This document shows, piece after piece, positions 48,077-58,119 of a stretch of DNA of 64,000 bases. The position numbers and the translations under genes were made by a program. Numbering within the stretch: position 1 is the stretch's first letter; each line of letters starts with the position of its first letter. The DNA lies in NCBI GenBank assembly GCA_042569985.1, contig JBHPHB010000001.1, positions 1,600-65,599 of the forward strand. Direction: 5' to 3'. Below the pieces are notes generated by a model that did not search any database, was not told where the DNA came from, and saw only the letters and a program-made list of their open reading frames with translations. This DNA comes from Spirochaetota bacterium (GTDB taxonomy: Bacteria; Spirochaetota; UBA4802; UBA5550).

Positions 48077-50836
48077 TTAAAAATTAAAATCCACAACGAC
48101 CATTGTAATGTCATCCTCCAATCCTTTTTTATTGTTAATTCCAGACCATTCTTTCACTGTATCTATGGATTTTTCCGTAAATTTTTCACAACTTAGATCG
48201 TGACTATTTAGAATTAAATTTTTAAAATTTTTATTACCGAACATTTCCCCCTTTTCATCCTTCGTTTCAAGTATCCCGTCTGTATACATTACAAAACGGT
48301 CCCCTTCTTCCAGGTCAAATTCATTAGTAGGAAAATTCTCTTCAGCCATCCAGCCAAAGGGCATGCCGTTATTTTCATTAAAAATTATTTCATTGTTCTT
48401 TTTTTTGTATAGAAGTGACGGCCAGTGTCCCGCGTTTGCCTGGTATAATTTTTTTTCTTCCAGGTCTATATATGCATAACATGCGGTGATAAATTGCCCT
48501 GATGTATGATTGAACATTGTCGCATTAATTTTAGACATGAGAACATCGGGCTTATCAGCATCTTCAAGAAAAAATGTGAATGTAACTCTCAACATGGCAC
48601 AAATAATTGCCGCCGGTATGCCGTGCCCGGATACATCGGCAATGAGAATGCCAACCTTTTTGTCGTCAATAACCTGGATGTCATAATAATCACCGCCAAG
48701 TTCAAACATTGGCTCATACTGAACTGATATTGCAAAATTTTTCCCCTGGGGAATATCCTTTAGTATTATACTGTCCTGGATCTCATGGGCTATATGAAGG
48801 TCCCTTTTCAGTGATGATAATTCATCGTGAATCTTAACTGAGTCTTTTAGCGATATTAAGTTGTTAACCCTGGCGATTAGCTCCATTTTGCTAACAGGTT
48901 TTGTAACATAATCATTAGCTCCGGCATCAATACCCGCGGCAATATCAGCGGGTTTGTTTTTCGCTGTGAGCATCAGTATGGGTAATTCATACTGAGAATA
49001 GGTTTTCCTCAATGTTGAACAGAGTTCATAACCTGACATTCTCGGGAGCATTACATCAAGGATGAGCAGGTTGGGCAATGCGTTTTCTTCAAATATTTGT
49101 AAAACCTCTGAGCCAGTTGTTGCCGTTATCACCTCATATCCCTCCAATGTGAGGTGATTCAATATAACCTTTATGTTGATGGGTTCGTCATCCACAACAA
49201 CGATCCTTTTCCCATTGAAGTTTTTAGGAGTATTGGCAACTTCAAAAATGGTTGAAGTATCCCTGTCTATTTTGTCAAGGTAATCTGTATTTATTTCAAG
49301 TGTGTTTTTAATATTTAAAACCAGTTGTTTTTCCTTTGATTCATTCAGGGAAAATGAAAAGCAGCTGCCCCTGCCGGGTGATGATTCAACCCATATTTCC
49401 CCTCCATGGAGCTCTACCAGTTTTTTTGCAATTGTAAGGCCCAGTCCTGTGCCTCCAAACTTTCTGGTTGCTGACCCGTCTACCTGCTCAAAGAGGTTGA
49501 ATACGCTTTTGATCTTTTCGGGGTGTATTCCCATTCCTGTATCTTTAACATTTATTATGATTTTATCATTAACGTGATCCTTTTGGGATGATATTTCAAT
49601 GCTGCCAGTTTCGGTAAATTTAACGGCATTGCTTAAAAGGTTCAGCATTATCTGCTGCAGCCTTATCTCATCTCCAAGAATGAATACTGATTCCGGATTT
49701 ATTTTATTCTTGATTTCGATGTTTTTGTTTTTCAGCAGGGGACTTATGATGGACATGATGTATTGTGTTATTGAATACATATCCACGGTTGACATGTTTA
49801 ATTTTATGTCATAATGCTTTAACTTAGAAAAATCCAGTATATCATTAATCAGTCCCGTTAGCTGTTTGCCGCTTTTTTTGATAAGTGATAAATTAAGTAT
49901 TGTCTCCACGTTAAGGCTTCCCGAAACACCCTCCAGGAGAGATTCGGTGAGCCCTATCATGCCGTATAGGGGAGTCCTGAATTCATGTGAAATGGTGGCA
50001 AGAAATTCATCCTTGAGGTTGTCAATCCTTCTGAGTTCCCTGTTGTTGTCCTGGAGCGCGCCAATTTCAAGTTTTATTACTTCCGCCAGGTGGTTAAATG
50101 TTCTGGCAAGCTTACCAAGTTCATCCTTTGAGCTGACGGGAATCCTGTAATTCAAGTCCCCGCTTCCGATTTCTTCCGCCCCGATTATTAACCTGTCAAT
50201 GGGTTTTGATATGAAACGGCTGAATACAAGGCCAATTATGATTGCAATAAGAATTGCTGAGAAAATTGATATGTATATAATATTCCTCAGTTTATTAATT
50301 GGTGAAAGTAGAATTGACTTGGAAAATATCAGCCTGCCCATGCAGTATGTTTTCCGCTGCAGGATTGCCCCCCGGGATATTATTTCATAGTAGGTATCAT
50401 CTATTTCGGGGACTTTAATTTCTCTAACCATATCGTTTTTAAAATTGCTGTCATATTTATGAGAAAGAATTAACTTCAGGGTGTCCGGGTTACTCTCAAT
50501 TATTTTATTTGTATAACTGGAAATTATTATACCATTGTACTTCTCATTAGGTGATATAAGGGTTGTATCAGCATAAAGCAGGCCCGTTTCTTTAAGAGGT
50601 TTAAGGATCGATAACATCTCTTTTGAGTCAATGCGTGTTGCCGTAATGCTTCCTCCGTTCATTATAAGAAGGTTTAAGGTGGACATTGCAAGAATTTTAC
50701 TGTTGATAATCCCCTGGTTTGTAAGAAGATCAATTTTTTCACTCTCCTGAATTTTGAGGATAAAAAACGAAATGGGCAGAGAGGCAATTAGTATTATTGA
50801 TATTAGCAGTAATATTAGTTTATATTTTATCTTCAT
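48077..50836 (-). CDS. Hybrid sensor histidine kinase - receiver - PP2C (SpoIIE/RsbU-type) phosphatase
   Basis: TM and periplasmic region, second TM, HAMP-like linker. H-box ATISHEFRTPL. HATPase GGTGLGLTIAKKLVELHGG. Receiver KRIVVVDDEP...LDVMLP...LMLTAK. PP2C GGDYYDI...ADVSGHGIPAA...MYTDGILE. Confidence 0.8.
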   Translation of the reverse strand: MKIKYKLILLLISIILIASLPISFFILKIQESEKIDLLTNQGIINSKILAMSTLNLLIMNGGSITATRIDSKEMLSILKPLKETGLLYADTTLISPNEKYNGIIISSYTNKIIESNPDTLKLILSHKYDSNFKNDMVREIKVPEIDDTYYEIISRGAILQRKTYCMGRLIFSKSILLSPINKLRNIIYISIFSAILIAIIIGLVFSRFISKPIDRLIIGAEEIGSGDLNYRIPVSSKDELGKLARTFNHLAEVIKLEIGALQDNNRELRRIDNLKDEFLATISHEFRTPLYGMIGLTESLLEGVSGSLNVETILNLSLIKKSGKQLTGLINDILDFSKLKHYDIKLNMSTVDMYSITQYIMSIISPLLKNKNIEIKNKINPESVFILGDEIRLQQIMLNLLSNAVKFTETGSIEISSQKDHVNDKIIINVKDTGMGIHPEKIKSVFNLFEQVDGSATRKFGGTGLGLTIAKKLVELHGGEIWVESSPGRGSCFSFSLNESKEKQLVLNIKNTLEINTDYLDKIDRDTSTIFEVANTPKNFNGKRIVVVDDEPINIKVILNHLTLEGYEVITATTGSEVLQIFEENALPNLLILDVMLPRMSGYELCSTLRKTYSQYELPILMLTAKNKPADIAAGIDAGANDYVTKPVSKMELIARVNNLISLKDSVKIHDELSSLKRDLHIAHEIQDSIILKDIPQGKNFAISVQYEPMFELGGDYYDIQVIDDKKVGILIADVSGHGIPAAIICAMLRVTFTFFLEDADKPDVLMSKINATMFNHTSGQFITACYAYIDLEEKKLYQANAGHWPSLLYKKKNNEIIFNENNGMPFGWMAEENFPTNEFDLEEGDRFVMYTDGILETKDEKGEMFGNKNFKNLILNSHDLSCEKFTEKSIDTVKEWSGINNKKGLEDDITMVVVDFNF

Positions 50837-50845
50837 AGAAGATAC

Positions 50846-51958
50846 CTATTCCAATTCACGCAGGGCGGTGAGCCGTTTTTTTGCCCGTGGTAAATATGCC
50901 CTGGCAATTTTATTTGCCGGGTCGATTATAAGAATACGTTTCATAATATTAATGCACTGTTCATATTTCTTTTTTTCGTAGGCCGAAATACCCTCTTTTT
51001 TTAAACCGGTGATTAATGATGTGAGTTTCTTTCTTAATTTTCTAAGCTTTTCTCTTGATGAGGCCATGTATTTGCCCGATTTTTCAAGAAGTACCATTGC
51101 AGAGAAATATCTTTTCTTTTTTATCTCCAGTAGAGCGCTATTATGGATTTTTTCATTCTTTTGTATAACGAGAAGATTCTTTTTTGCGTCAACATGGTTA
51201 TTGTCGATTGAGATCACTTTTTTGAAGTGTTGTTTCGCCAATTTTGTATTTCCTTCTTTAAATTCACCCATGCCAAGTTCATAGTATTTTTTTGATTCAT
51301 CTATTTTTTTTAACCTGGCTGAATCATCGAGTTTTTTCATTTTGATAAAACCCAGCTTTCTGCCCCTCCTGACATAGGCCCGGTAATTAAATGAAACGCC
51401 AATAAGAATATTTAAAGTATGGAATGGTTTGTCCGACATCCAGACTGCCGAATAGGAAAGGCCGATCCTTGTCCTCACACCACTGGCAATGGGTATAAAA
51501 AATCCACCATCAGCGCCGAGTCCCACTTTGAAGGAATGATCCTGCCTGTCGGTCTTCTCTGCATCTGCATACAGGTAATTACCTTTAAATGATATTCCAA
51601 TGTAGGGTTCTAAAAAGGGCAGCAGGGGATAGTAGGCTAAAATACCTATGCTGAATAATAATGAATGAAAGTAGGAATCATCACTAACACTGAATTTGTA
51701 TGGAGAATAGAATATATCGGCTTCAACCATGAGAAAATTATGAATGTATGGAATGCAATATATTCCCACATTTGTTGTTCCCATCAGTTCAGAATCATAA
51801 TGGCCGAATATTTTGGAGTATCCGCCTTTTAACCCGAGAATGTAATCGCTTTTCCTGGTGTTTTCATACTGGGAGAAACCGGGCACAGAGGAGAATAGGA
51901 GGATTATAATAATTGCAAAGGATAGTGCTGGCCAGTTTAATGTTTTTTTAGAATACAT
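50846..51958 (-). CDS. Secreted beta-rich N-domain plus TPR-like C-domain protein, hypothetical
   Basis: Signal peptide. N-terminal half has amphipathic beta pattern. C-terminal half helical repeats (AKQHFKKVISIDNNHVDAKKNL...). Confidence 0.4.
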   Translation of the reverse strand: MYSKKTLNWPALSFAIIIILLFSSVPGFSQYENTRKSDYILGLKGGYSKIFGHYDSELMGTTNVGIYCIPYIHNFLMVEADIFYSPYKFSVSDDSYFHSLLFSIGILAYYPLLPFLEPYIGISFKGNYLYADAEKTDRQDHSFKVGLGADGGFFIPIASGVRTRIGLSYSAVWMSDKPFHTLNILIGVSFNYRAYVRRGRKLGFIKMKKLDDSARLKKIDESKKYYELGMGEFKEGNTKLAKQHFKKVISIDNNHVDAKKNLLVIQKNEKIHNSALLEIKKKRYFSAMVLLEKSGKYMASSREKLRKLRKKLTSLITGLKKEGISAYEKKKYEQCINIMKRILIIDPANKIARAYLPRAKKRLTALRELE

Positions 51959-52434
51959 ATCTCATATCTTCTGAATTATATATTTCATAAAATTTAAGTT
52001 AAATTCATTTTATGTCAAATTCCCCATTGTACACCCATGAAGGGGAATGAAAAATAATCATTTCATCACTTTCGTAACATTACTTTTTGCATTTTAAATC
52101 GGAATTATTATTTGAAGTTTTTCTTAGAGTATACTTAAACACAATGTACTGACAATTATGATAAATTTCAATTGTTTTTTAAATTTGACTAAAAAAATAT
52201 GTATACTCAAGTTGAACCAGATGGGTGATTTAATTTTTATTCGGTATCATTACTTCAAGTGAAAAATCCATCTTTTTCGAAGAGCATTTAAATTCATAAT
52301 TTAAAATAATTGCATAAAATATTTTTTACACAGAAAATTATGTTTTTCAGTTGAAATATTTTATACGAAGGATATAAATGTAAAAGTTATATTTCCAAAA
52401 AATGGGAATATTTCATTTATTAAGGAGTAAATTT

Positions 52435-53400
52435 ATGAAAAAAATTCGTTTCTTTTCCATTATCTCCTGCATTTTGATTATGAGCCCTGTCATTGCCAAT
52501 GCAAAGATGAGAATAGCAATTATCGACCTGAAGCCGGACGGGGTTTCACAGAGAACAGCACGGACGACAACAAACATGATAAGAACTGAACTTATTAATA
52601 TGGGTAGGTTCACAGTTGTTGAAAGGTCACGCATGGATGCAATTCTAAAGGAGCAGGGATTCCAGAAAACCGGTTGTACAGATGCATCATGCGCCGTTGA
52701 AGTGGGTAAACTTATTTCGGCAAGGAAGATGCTTGTCGGTGATATAAGTAAGATGGGCAAGGCCATAATTATTTCTGTGAGGATTGTTGATGTTGAAAAA
52801 GGTGTTTCCGAATATGCTGCTACCCAGAAGGCTATTTCTCTGGATGTCGTTGATGAGGCAGTAAGAAAAATTACAAAGAAGCTTGCATACAGGATCAGTA
52901 AGAGCGGAAAGATTAAAGAAATAAAAGAAGTAGAAGATGAAAAAGACGAGCCCGTAGTTGTTTCAAAAACAGGTTACTATCTCAGGGGCATTGTCCCCGG
53001 GTGGGGGCAAATCTATTCGGGACATACCCTTAAAGGCTCCCTGGTGCTTGGAGGCTTTGTTGTCTCTGGAGGATTGATGGGATGGACAATGTATAATTAT
53101 TTCGATAAAAAGAAAAAATACGACGATGCATGGAACCTGTCAGAGAATGAATTCGACAGCCTTTATGATGATTACAAAACCGCTGAGATAATAAATTTGA
53201 CAATGTTGTCTTTAACTGTTGCAATCTATATTTACAACTGGATCGACCTTATCTTCTTTAACAATGTGGAATACGGCAAAACAATTGCCAATGAGGCACA
53301 GAAGAAAGACAGGTTTTTCTATTCACTCAATATATATGATGTTCAGAATGAGGACAGTATAGAGATGAGGATAGATTTAAATTTCGGTATGCGCTTTTAG
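52435..53400 (+). CDS. CsgG-like periplasmic domain protein with C-terminal TM region
   Basis: ATG at 52435 preferred (aaggag RBS). Signal peptide. CsgG-family-like block MRIAIIDLKP...IRTELINMGRFTVVERSRMDAILKEQ...VGKLISARKMLVGDI. C-terminal TM LVLGGFVVSGGLMGWTMY. Confidence 0.45.
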   Translation: MKKIRFFSIISCILIMSPVIANAKMRIAIIDLKPDGVSQRTARTTTNMIRTELINMGRFTVVERSRMDAILKEQGFQKTGCTDASCAVEVGKLISARKMLVGDISKMGKAIIISVRIVDVEKGVSEYAATQKAISLDVVDEAVRKITKKLAYRISKSGKIKEIKEVEDEKDEPVVVSKTGYYLRGIVPGWGQIYSGHTLKGSLVLGGFVVSGGLMGWTMYNYFDKKKKYDDAWNLSENEFDSLYDDYKTAEIINLTMLSLTVAIYIYNWIDLIFFNNVEYGKTIANEAQKKDRFFYSLNIYDVQNEDSIEMRIDLNFGMRF

Positions 53401-53444
53401 TGGATGAAGATTATTAAATGCATGCAGAAAAAAAGGAGGCAAAT

Positions 53445-54833
53445 ATGAAAAGCAATAATAAATATATAATATTTACAGTAATAATTTTATCGGTTGTTTT
53501 CCTTAGTACATTGGGATGCGGCCTAATAGCAGACAGGAATAATTATTCCGATCCCGGCAGCAGTAATTACTCATTTCAAAATCCACAGGAAATTGAATAT
53601 AATAATGACGGCAATGCAACGAATCCCAATGTGGCAATGGATTCAAACGGTAATGCAATCGCTTCATGGTGCCAGGAAGATATTGACGGCGATGCATATT
53701 TCTATGTCAACAGGTACACGCCTGCAAACGAATGGGAAGGCGTAACGGAAATTTCCTGGATTCACCCGTCATTGAGCCTTTACCCGCCATACATTGCATT
53801 TGATCCAATAGGAAATGCCGTCGTGGTGTGGAACCAGAACGAAAGTCCCACTGGGAATGCTCATGATGTATACTCTGTGAGGTATAATTATAATCTTGAT
53901 GATTGGGAAGGTTTGTTTATGCACGATACTCAAACCAACAATGCATACCCCGCGAAGGCAGAGTTTCTGCCTGACGGTGATATCTTTTTGATCTGGACAC
54001 AGTCAGACGATGCCTGTGCAACAAGTAGTGTCTGGTCCACCACATATAGTTCAACCGGTCAAAACTGGGGTCCTGTATATTTAAATGAAGTTGATAATAC
54101 CAGTTTGTACTCGTCCAGATCTAATATGGATATAAATCCAGCCGGAGACATAGCTGTGGTATGGCGCCAGGGGCTTCCGGACAGGGAAATTTACGGCAGG
54201 ATAAGAGATAGTAATACTACCTGGGGGGCTCCTGTAAAACTTTCGGTGGATTCAAATGTTACTCACTGGCCCCAGGTGGCAATGGACAATAACGGCTATG
54301 CAATTGCCGTATGGATTCAGTCCGATTCTCTTCCAAGTGATGGTTTGTGGTCATCATTATATCATGCCTTGGATGAGGAATGGAAACCCCCTGTTAAAAT
54401 TTCCAATCCATCAGCTATTGTTCCTTCTGGTGACCCGCCCAGGATTGCAATGAATCCGGACGGCATGGCAATAGTGGTATGGCTTGAAGAAGAGGCAACC
54501 TATGACCATGTATGGGCAAATTATTACAATGCGGGGTGGTCAGGCCCGGTTAGGGTTGAGCAGCCTTCAAATTATTATTCTGAAACTCCCGAAGTGGCAA
54601 TTAATAACACCGGTGTTGCTGCCGTTGTATGGTCTAAATGGGATGATACAAGCAGGAATATATGGATGAACTGGTATGTTTCTTCCGTTTTTGTAGGGGC
54701 TTATACTATTGATGATTCTGGGGAGTTTGATGCAGTTAAACCAAAGATTGCAATGGATCCAAGCGGTTTTACTATTACCGTGTGGCAGCAATGGGACGGC
54801 TTTGTAAACAGTACCTGGGCATACAAGGAGTAA
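53445..54833 (+). CDS. Lipoprotein with eight ~45-aa G-x-A-[IV]-[AV]-V-W-x-Q repeats (predicted beta-propeller-like)
   Basis: aaggagg RBS before ATG 53445. Lipobox LSTLGCG. Repeats GNAIASWCQ, GNAVVVWNQ, GDIFLIWTQ, GDIAVVWRQ, GYAIAVWIQ, GMAIVVWLE, GVAAVVWSK, GFTITVWQQ, each followed ~20 aa later by a W-x-x-P-V motif. Confidence 0.55.
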   Translation: MKSNNKYIIFTVIILSVVFLSTLGCGLIADRNNYSDPGSSNYSFQNPQEIEYNNDGNATNPNVAMDSNGNAIASWCQEDIDGDAYFYVNRYTPANEWEGVTEISWIHPSLSLYPPYIAFDPIGNAVVVWNQNESPTGNAHDVYSVRYNYNLDDWEGLFMHDTQTNNAYPAKAEFLPDGDIFLIWTQSDDACATSSVWSTTYSSTGQNWGPVYLNEVDNTSLYSSRSNMDINPAGDIAVVWRQGLPDREIYGRIRDSNTTWGAPVKLSVDSNVTHWPQVAMDNNGYAIAVWIQSDSLPSDGLWSSLYHALDEEWKPPVKISNPSAIVPSGDPPRIAMNPDGMAIVVWLEEEATYDHVWANYYNAGWSGPVRVEQPSNYYSETPEVAINNTGVAAVVWSKWDDTSRNIWMNWYVSSVFVGAYTIDDSGEFDAVKPKIAMDPSGFTITVWQQWDGFVNSTWAYKE

Positions 54834-54862
54834 AAAAATAGAATATTGTTTATGAAAATTTA

Positions 54863-54890
54863 GAAGGCTACCAAACGTTTGGCCGCCTTC
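54863..54890. terminator. Bidirectional terminator hairpin between convergent genes
   Basis: gaaggc-taccaaacgtttggcc-gccttc with nested 12-bp palindrome ccaaacgtttgg. Confidence 0.5.
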
Positions 54891-54897
54891 GTATATA

Positions 54898-55995
54898 TTA
54901 ATATACCATTCTTAAAATATAATTCTCTTCATCTGCCAGGACGGCTGCGGAATTTTTTGCGATGGTTAATGCAAATATAAAATCGGGGTTCCCCGAACCG
55001 AAGTCCAGTATGCTGGCGGGCAGCCTGGATAAATTTGTGACGAGACAGCCCTTTTCGGGGTCATACACTTCGAGCTCATTAAATCTTCCTGCCTCAATAA
55101 TACCTTCCAGGCTTTCCAGAAAGTCATAATAGCTTTTAGATGTAACTTCGGGCATGAACTTGCGAATTTTCACGGCAATTTCGTTGATATGCATCCCCTC
55201 AATTTCTTCAGTTTTAAATTCGGTCACATGCTTCATGATGCCGTTGCCGAAAAAAACAGGCCCGTATTCGCTGACTTTATTTCTTACATCAATGGGAATG
55301 GTGAGAAAAAAGTCTTCGCCCAGGGTTGCCTTTTCAACTTCAACTGATTTTTTCATCATCATGGCGGTGAGGATGTCATTGGTGGAAACGGTCTCTCCAA
55401 AATCTGCCTTGATTTTACGTATGTTGACATGCACCTCCTCTCTGGGTACATTTATATTCTCAATTAACAGGTTGCTGTTTCCCGGAATTGGCACAGTGTT
55501 ATTGTGATTATACTTAAAATCCTTTAACACTGTACGCTCATGTTTAGGTCTAAAGGTGATCTCTGAGCCCTGCATTTTTGAAGCAAGAGCGGACAGAAAA
55601 AAGAAATAACTATAGCCGTCCCCGGCCAGGTGGCTCAATTTCGGAATTATGGCAGTTCCGTTTTTAAACTGGATAACTGTTAAAAAAGAGAGCCTATTCA
55701 TATTGGCTGGATTTACATTATGATACTTTTTATAAATATCTAAATGCGCTTCATCATTATTAAAATCTTCATGAAGTATTATTTCGTTAAAACTTTCACT
55801 TTCGCTGTATTCATCAAAACTGATGATCCCCCCATCATATTTTCCGAACATGGGCCAGAAGAGGGAGGCCAGTTCTTTTAAGGCACCACGAATTTTTTCC
55901 GTATCCAGTTTTTCCCGGTAAAAAAGAATAAATTCGATGGGATAAATTCCGTTTGCAAAGAGTGTGTCGGCCTGTGAAATGTGTACTTTTTTCAT
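54898..55995 (-). CDS. HxxxDG acyltransferase / condensation-domain-superfamily protein, hypothetical
   Basis: SHLAGDGYSYFFFLSAL contains an HxxxDG motif as in CAT / NRPS condensation / WS-DGAT acyltransferases. Size 365 aa. Confidence 0.4.
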   Translation of the reverse strand: MKKVHISQADTLFANGIYPIEFILFYREKLDTEKIRGALKELASLFWPMFGKYDGGIISFDEYSESESFNEIILHEDFNNDEAHLDIYKKYHNVNPANMNRLSFLTVIQFKNGTAIIPKLSHLAGDGYSYFFFLSALASKMQGSEITFRPKHERTVLKDFKYNHNNTVPIPGNSNLLIENINVPREEVHVNIRKIKADFGETVSTNDILTAMMMKKSVEVEKATLGEDFFLTIPIDVRNKVSEYGPVFFGNGIMKHVTEFKTEEIEGMHINEIAVKIRKFMPEVTSKSYYDFLESLEGIIEAGRFNELEVYDPEKGCLVTNLSRLPASILDFGSGNPDFIFALTIAKNSAAVLADEENYILRMVY

Positions 55996-56127
55996 TTGTA
56001 TGTATTATAATAGGGAGACAGCCAAATGCTTGGCCGCCTCCTGACTTTCCTTCTTCCATATTTAATGTGTAGCCATATTTTTGAATGAAAATTAAAATGC
56101 AAGTTAAAAAAGGGTCAATTTAAAAGT

Positions 56128-56152
56128 GGAGGCGGATTGATTTGCCGCCTCC
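56128..56152 (-). terminator. Rho-independent terminator of FG-GAP gene
   Basis: ggaggcgg-attgatttg-ccgcctcc. 8-bp perfect stem immediately after the stop on the minus strand, followed by cttttaaatt. Confidence 0.5.
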
Positions 56153-56163
56153 ATATAATGGTT

Positions 56164-57609
56164 TTATTTTGATACTTCCAGTACCGGTACATCGTTATAC
56201 CTGTAGATTGCAACGGTTTTACCGTCGTATGATGAAACTACAATTTCATCAACACCATCATTATCAAAATCTTCTACAACAATAGCTGCCTGGCCAACAT
56301 CTTCATTGGCATCAAGAACTTTCGTTATAAAGCCGCCCGTTGAATTTTGTTCAAGAACAAAAATCCGTTTGTCCCCGTCACCTGATACAACAATGTCAAT
56401 GTCTCCGTCACCGTCAACATCTCCCCAGTGGAAAACGCCCGGTGCACCATGTTCTCCGCAAATCGCGGATGGCCCCGGGCTTTCTATGTCTTCTGATAGA
56501 ACCCGTTCGTTAATCCAGTGTGTTGTTTTGTCACCGGCGGGGATTTCAAATAGAATTACTGCTTCATGAGCTACACCCACACACTTCGATGAATCAGTAT
56601 GGTTTGTTCCGATGGCATATGTTTTGTTGTCTCCGTTAATGAGATTGGGGACTGCTGAAATCTGAATTGAGGGCCCATAGTCATTATCATTAATTGGATA
56701 TTTTGACCAGAGGGAGGTTAATGCATCTTGAGTTCCTGGATTTTCAAACCATACAAATGAAGCATTGACGTCAGTATCGTTATGATCCCAGACAAAGAAT
56801 TGAGGGCTAATGATATCAAGATCATTGTCGTTATCAACATCAAATAATTCAGTCAGCACACCACCGCCTATACCAATAACTATGGGTGTTTTGACAAAAC
56901 GGTCAGGAGAGTTATCTCCTTTGTATACGAGGACGTTGCTGTAGCCAAAGATTCTGCCGGAATTATCCTGATTTTCCGTAAAGTCATATGCTGTGTCAAA
57001 TCCAGTAACAAGTGCGCCAACAGTAACGATATCTGTAATATTGTCACCGTCAACATCTGACATGCTTAAGCTTTTGTAAAATAATGGGTTACTGTCATCA
57101 ATTGCTTTCATTGAAATATCATGTGCTATCCAGTTTCCTCCATCCTGCTCGTACCAGCTGATCCCCCATTTACCCTGTGATCCGAAAAGGACATCCTGGC
57201 AGAGGAAAAAACCTGATGGTACAATAATATCATTGTCACCGTCATTATCCACGTCATGGACTGCAACTCTATTTCCAATACAGATGTTTTCCTCAGTGCC
57301 GAATACTTTTTCCTTTCTCCAGTTTGAAATATCTTCAATATCAGTTCCCTTATTATAGTATATTATTACTTCACCTATAAATCCCTCATCGAAATCACCA
57401 TAAGTACCAACGACTAAATCCTTATTGCCGTCCTTATCAACATCATTTGAAATAACAAAAGAAGAGCCTGTTACTCCACAATCTATTAGGGTTCTTCCGG
57501 GAAGGCTTCTTTCGGAAGAGCATTTTCTGCTGTTGCCGCATGACGAAAATACTAAAATATTAACAAACATTAGTATTATTGGAAAAATCATTAATCTTGA
57601 AATCTTCAT
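56164..57609 (-). CDS. FG-GAP repeat (integrin-alpha-like beta-propeller) lipoprotein
   Basis: Lipobox VFSSCGNS. Reiterated FG-GAP calcium-binding-like motifs DVDKDGNKDLVV, DVDNDGDNDIIV, DVDGDNITDIV, DVDNDNDLDII, DVDGDGDIDIVV, DFDNDGVDEIVV. Confidence 0.65.
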   Translation of the reverse strand: MKISRLMIFPIILMFVNILVFSSCGNSRKCSSERSLPGRTLIDCGVTGSSFVISNDVDKDGNKDLVVGTYGDFDEGFIGEVIIYYNKGTDIEDISNWRKEKVFGTEENICIGNRVAVHDVDNDGDNDIIVPSGFFLCQDVLFGSQGKWGISWYEQDGGNWIAHDISMKAIDDSNPLFYKSLSMSDVDGDNITDIVTVGALVTGFDTAYDFTENQDNSGRIFGYSNVLVYKGDNSPDRFVKTPIVIGIGGGVLTELFDVDNDNDLDIISPQFFVWDHNDTDVNASFVWFENPGTQDALTSLWSKYPINDNDYGPSIQISAVPNLINGDNKTYAIGTNHTDSSKCVGVAHEAVILFEIPAGDKTTHWINERVLSEDIESPGPSAICGEHGAPGVFHWGDVDGDGDIDIVVSGDGDKRIFVLEQNSTGGFITKVLDANEDVGQAAIVVEDFDNDGVDEIVVSSYDGKTVAIYRYNDVPVLEVSK

Positions 57610-57972
57610 ATTACCCTCTTCATATTAAAATAGTATTATTCTTATTTTTTTATTTTTGGAAATTATTGCATAGTTGTGTTACGGATTTTATTTATATAGC
57701 GTTTGAAAATATTATTAAACATTAAAATTCTTAAATAAGATGCTATTCTGACAATAGTAAATCTGTCAAGTTTTATTGCCTTTTTTTCGTGATTTTCAAT
57801 ATAAAAAAGTGAATGTGATATGTTAAAGGTTTACAAACCTGTTTACTTATATGCTGAAAGGAAAATACATATTTTTGCATTTTGAGATACAGATTTATTA
57901 AAATATTCCGATTAAATAGAAAAGATATGAATTTTATAATTCAAAGAAAAAATTTACATTGGAGTTAATAAT

Positions 57973-58119
57973 ATGGAAAATAAAGAAGCCGCAATAAATG
58001 CAATTTTAAGTGCTGCCCGGTTTGATATGAACAAGGGTATGAATAAAAAAGATATTCTTAAATCTCTTTCCAGGTTAATTGACGGTGACATGTTTAATGA
58101 AGTAGTGAAAAGGTTCTAG
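57973..58119 (+). CDS. Small 48-aa ORF, hypothetical
   Basis: ATG preceded by ggag RBS (9 nt). Below the ORF-track size cutoff. Stop codon overlaps the stop of the convergent AraC-fusion gene. Confidence 0.25.
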   Translation: MENKEAAINAILSAARFDMNKGMNKKDILKSLSRLIDGDMFNEVVKRF

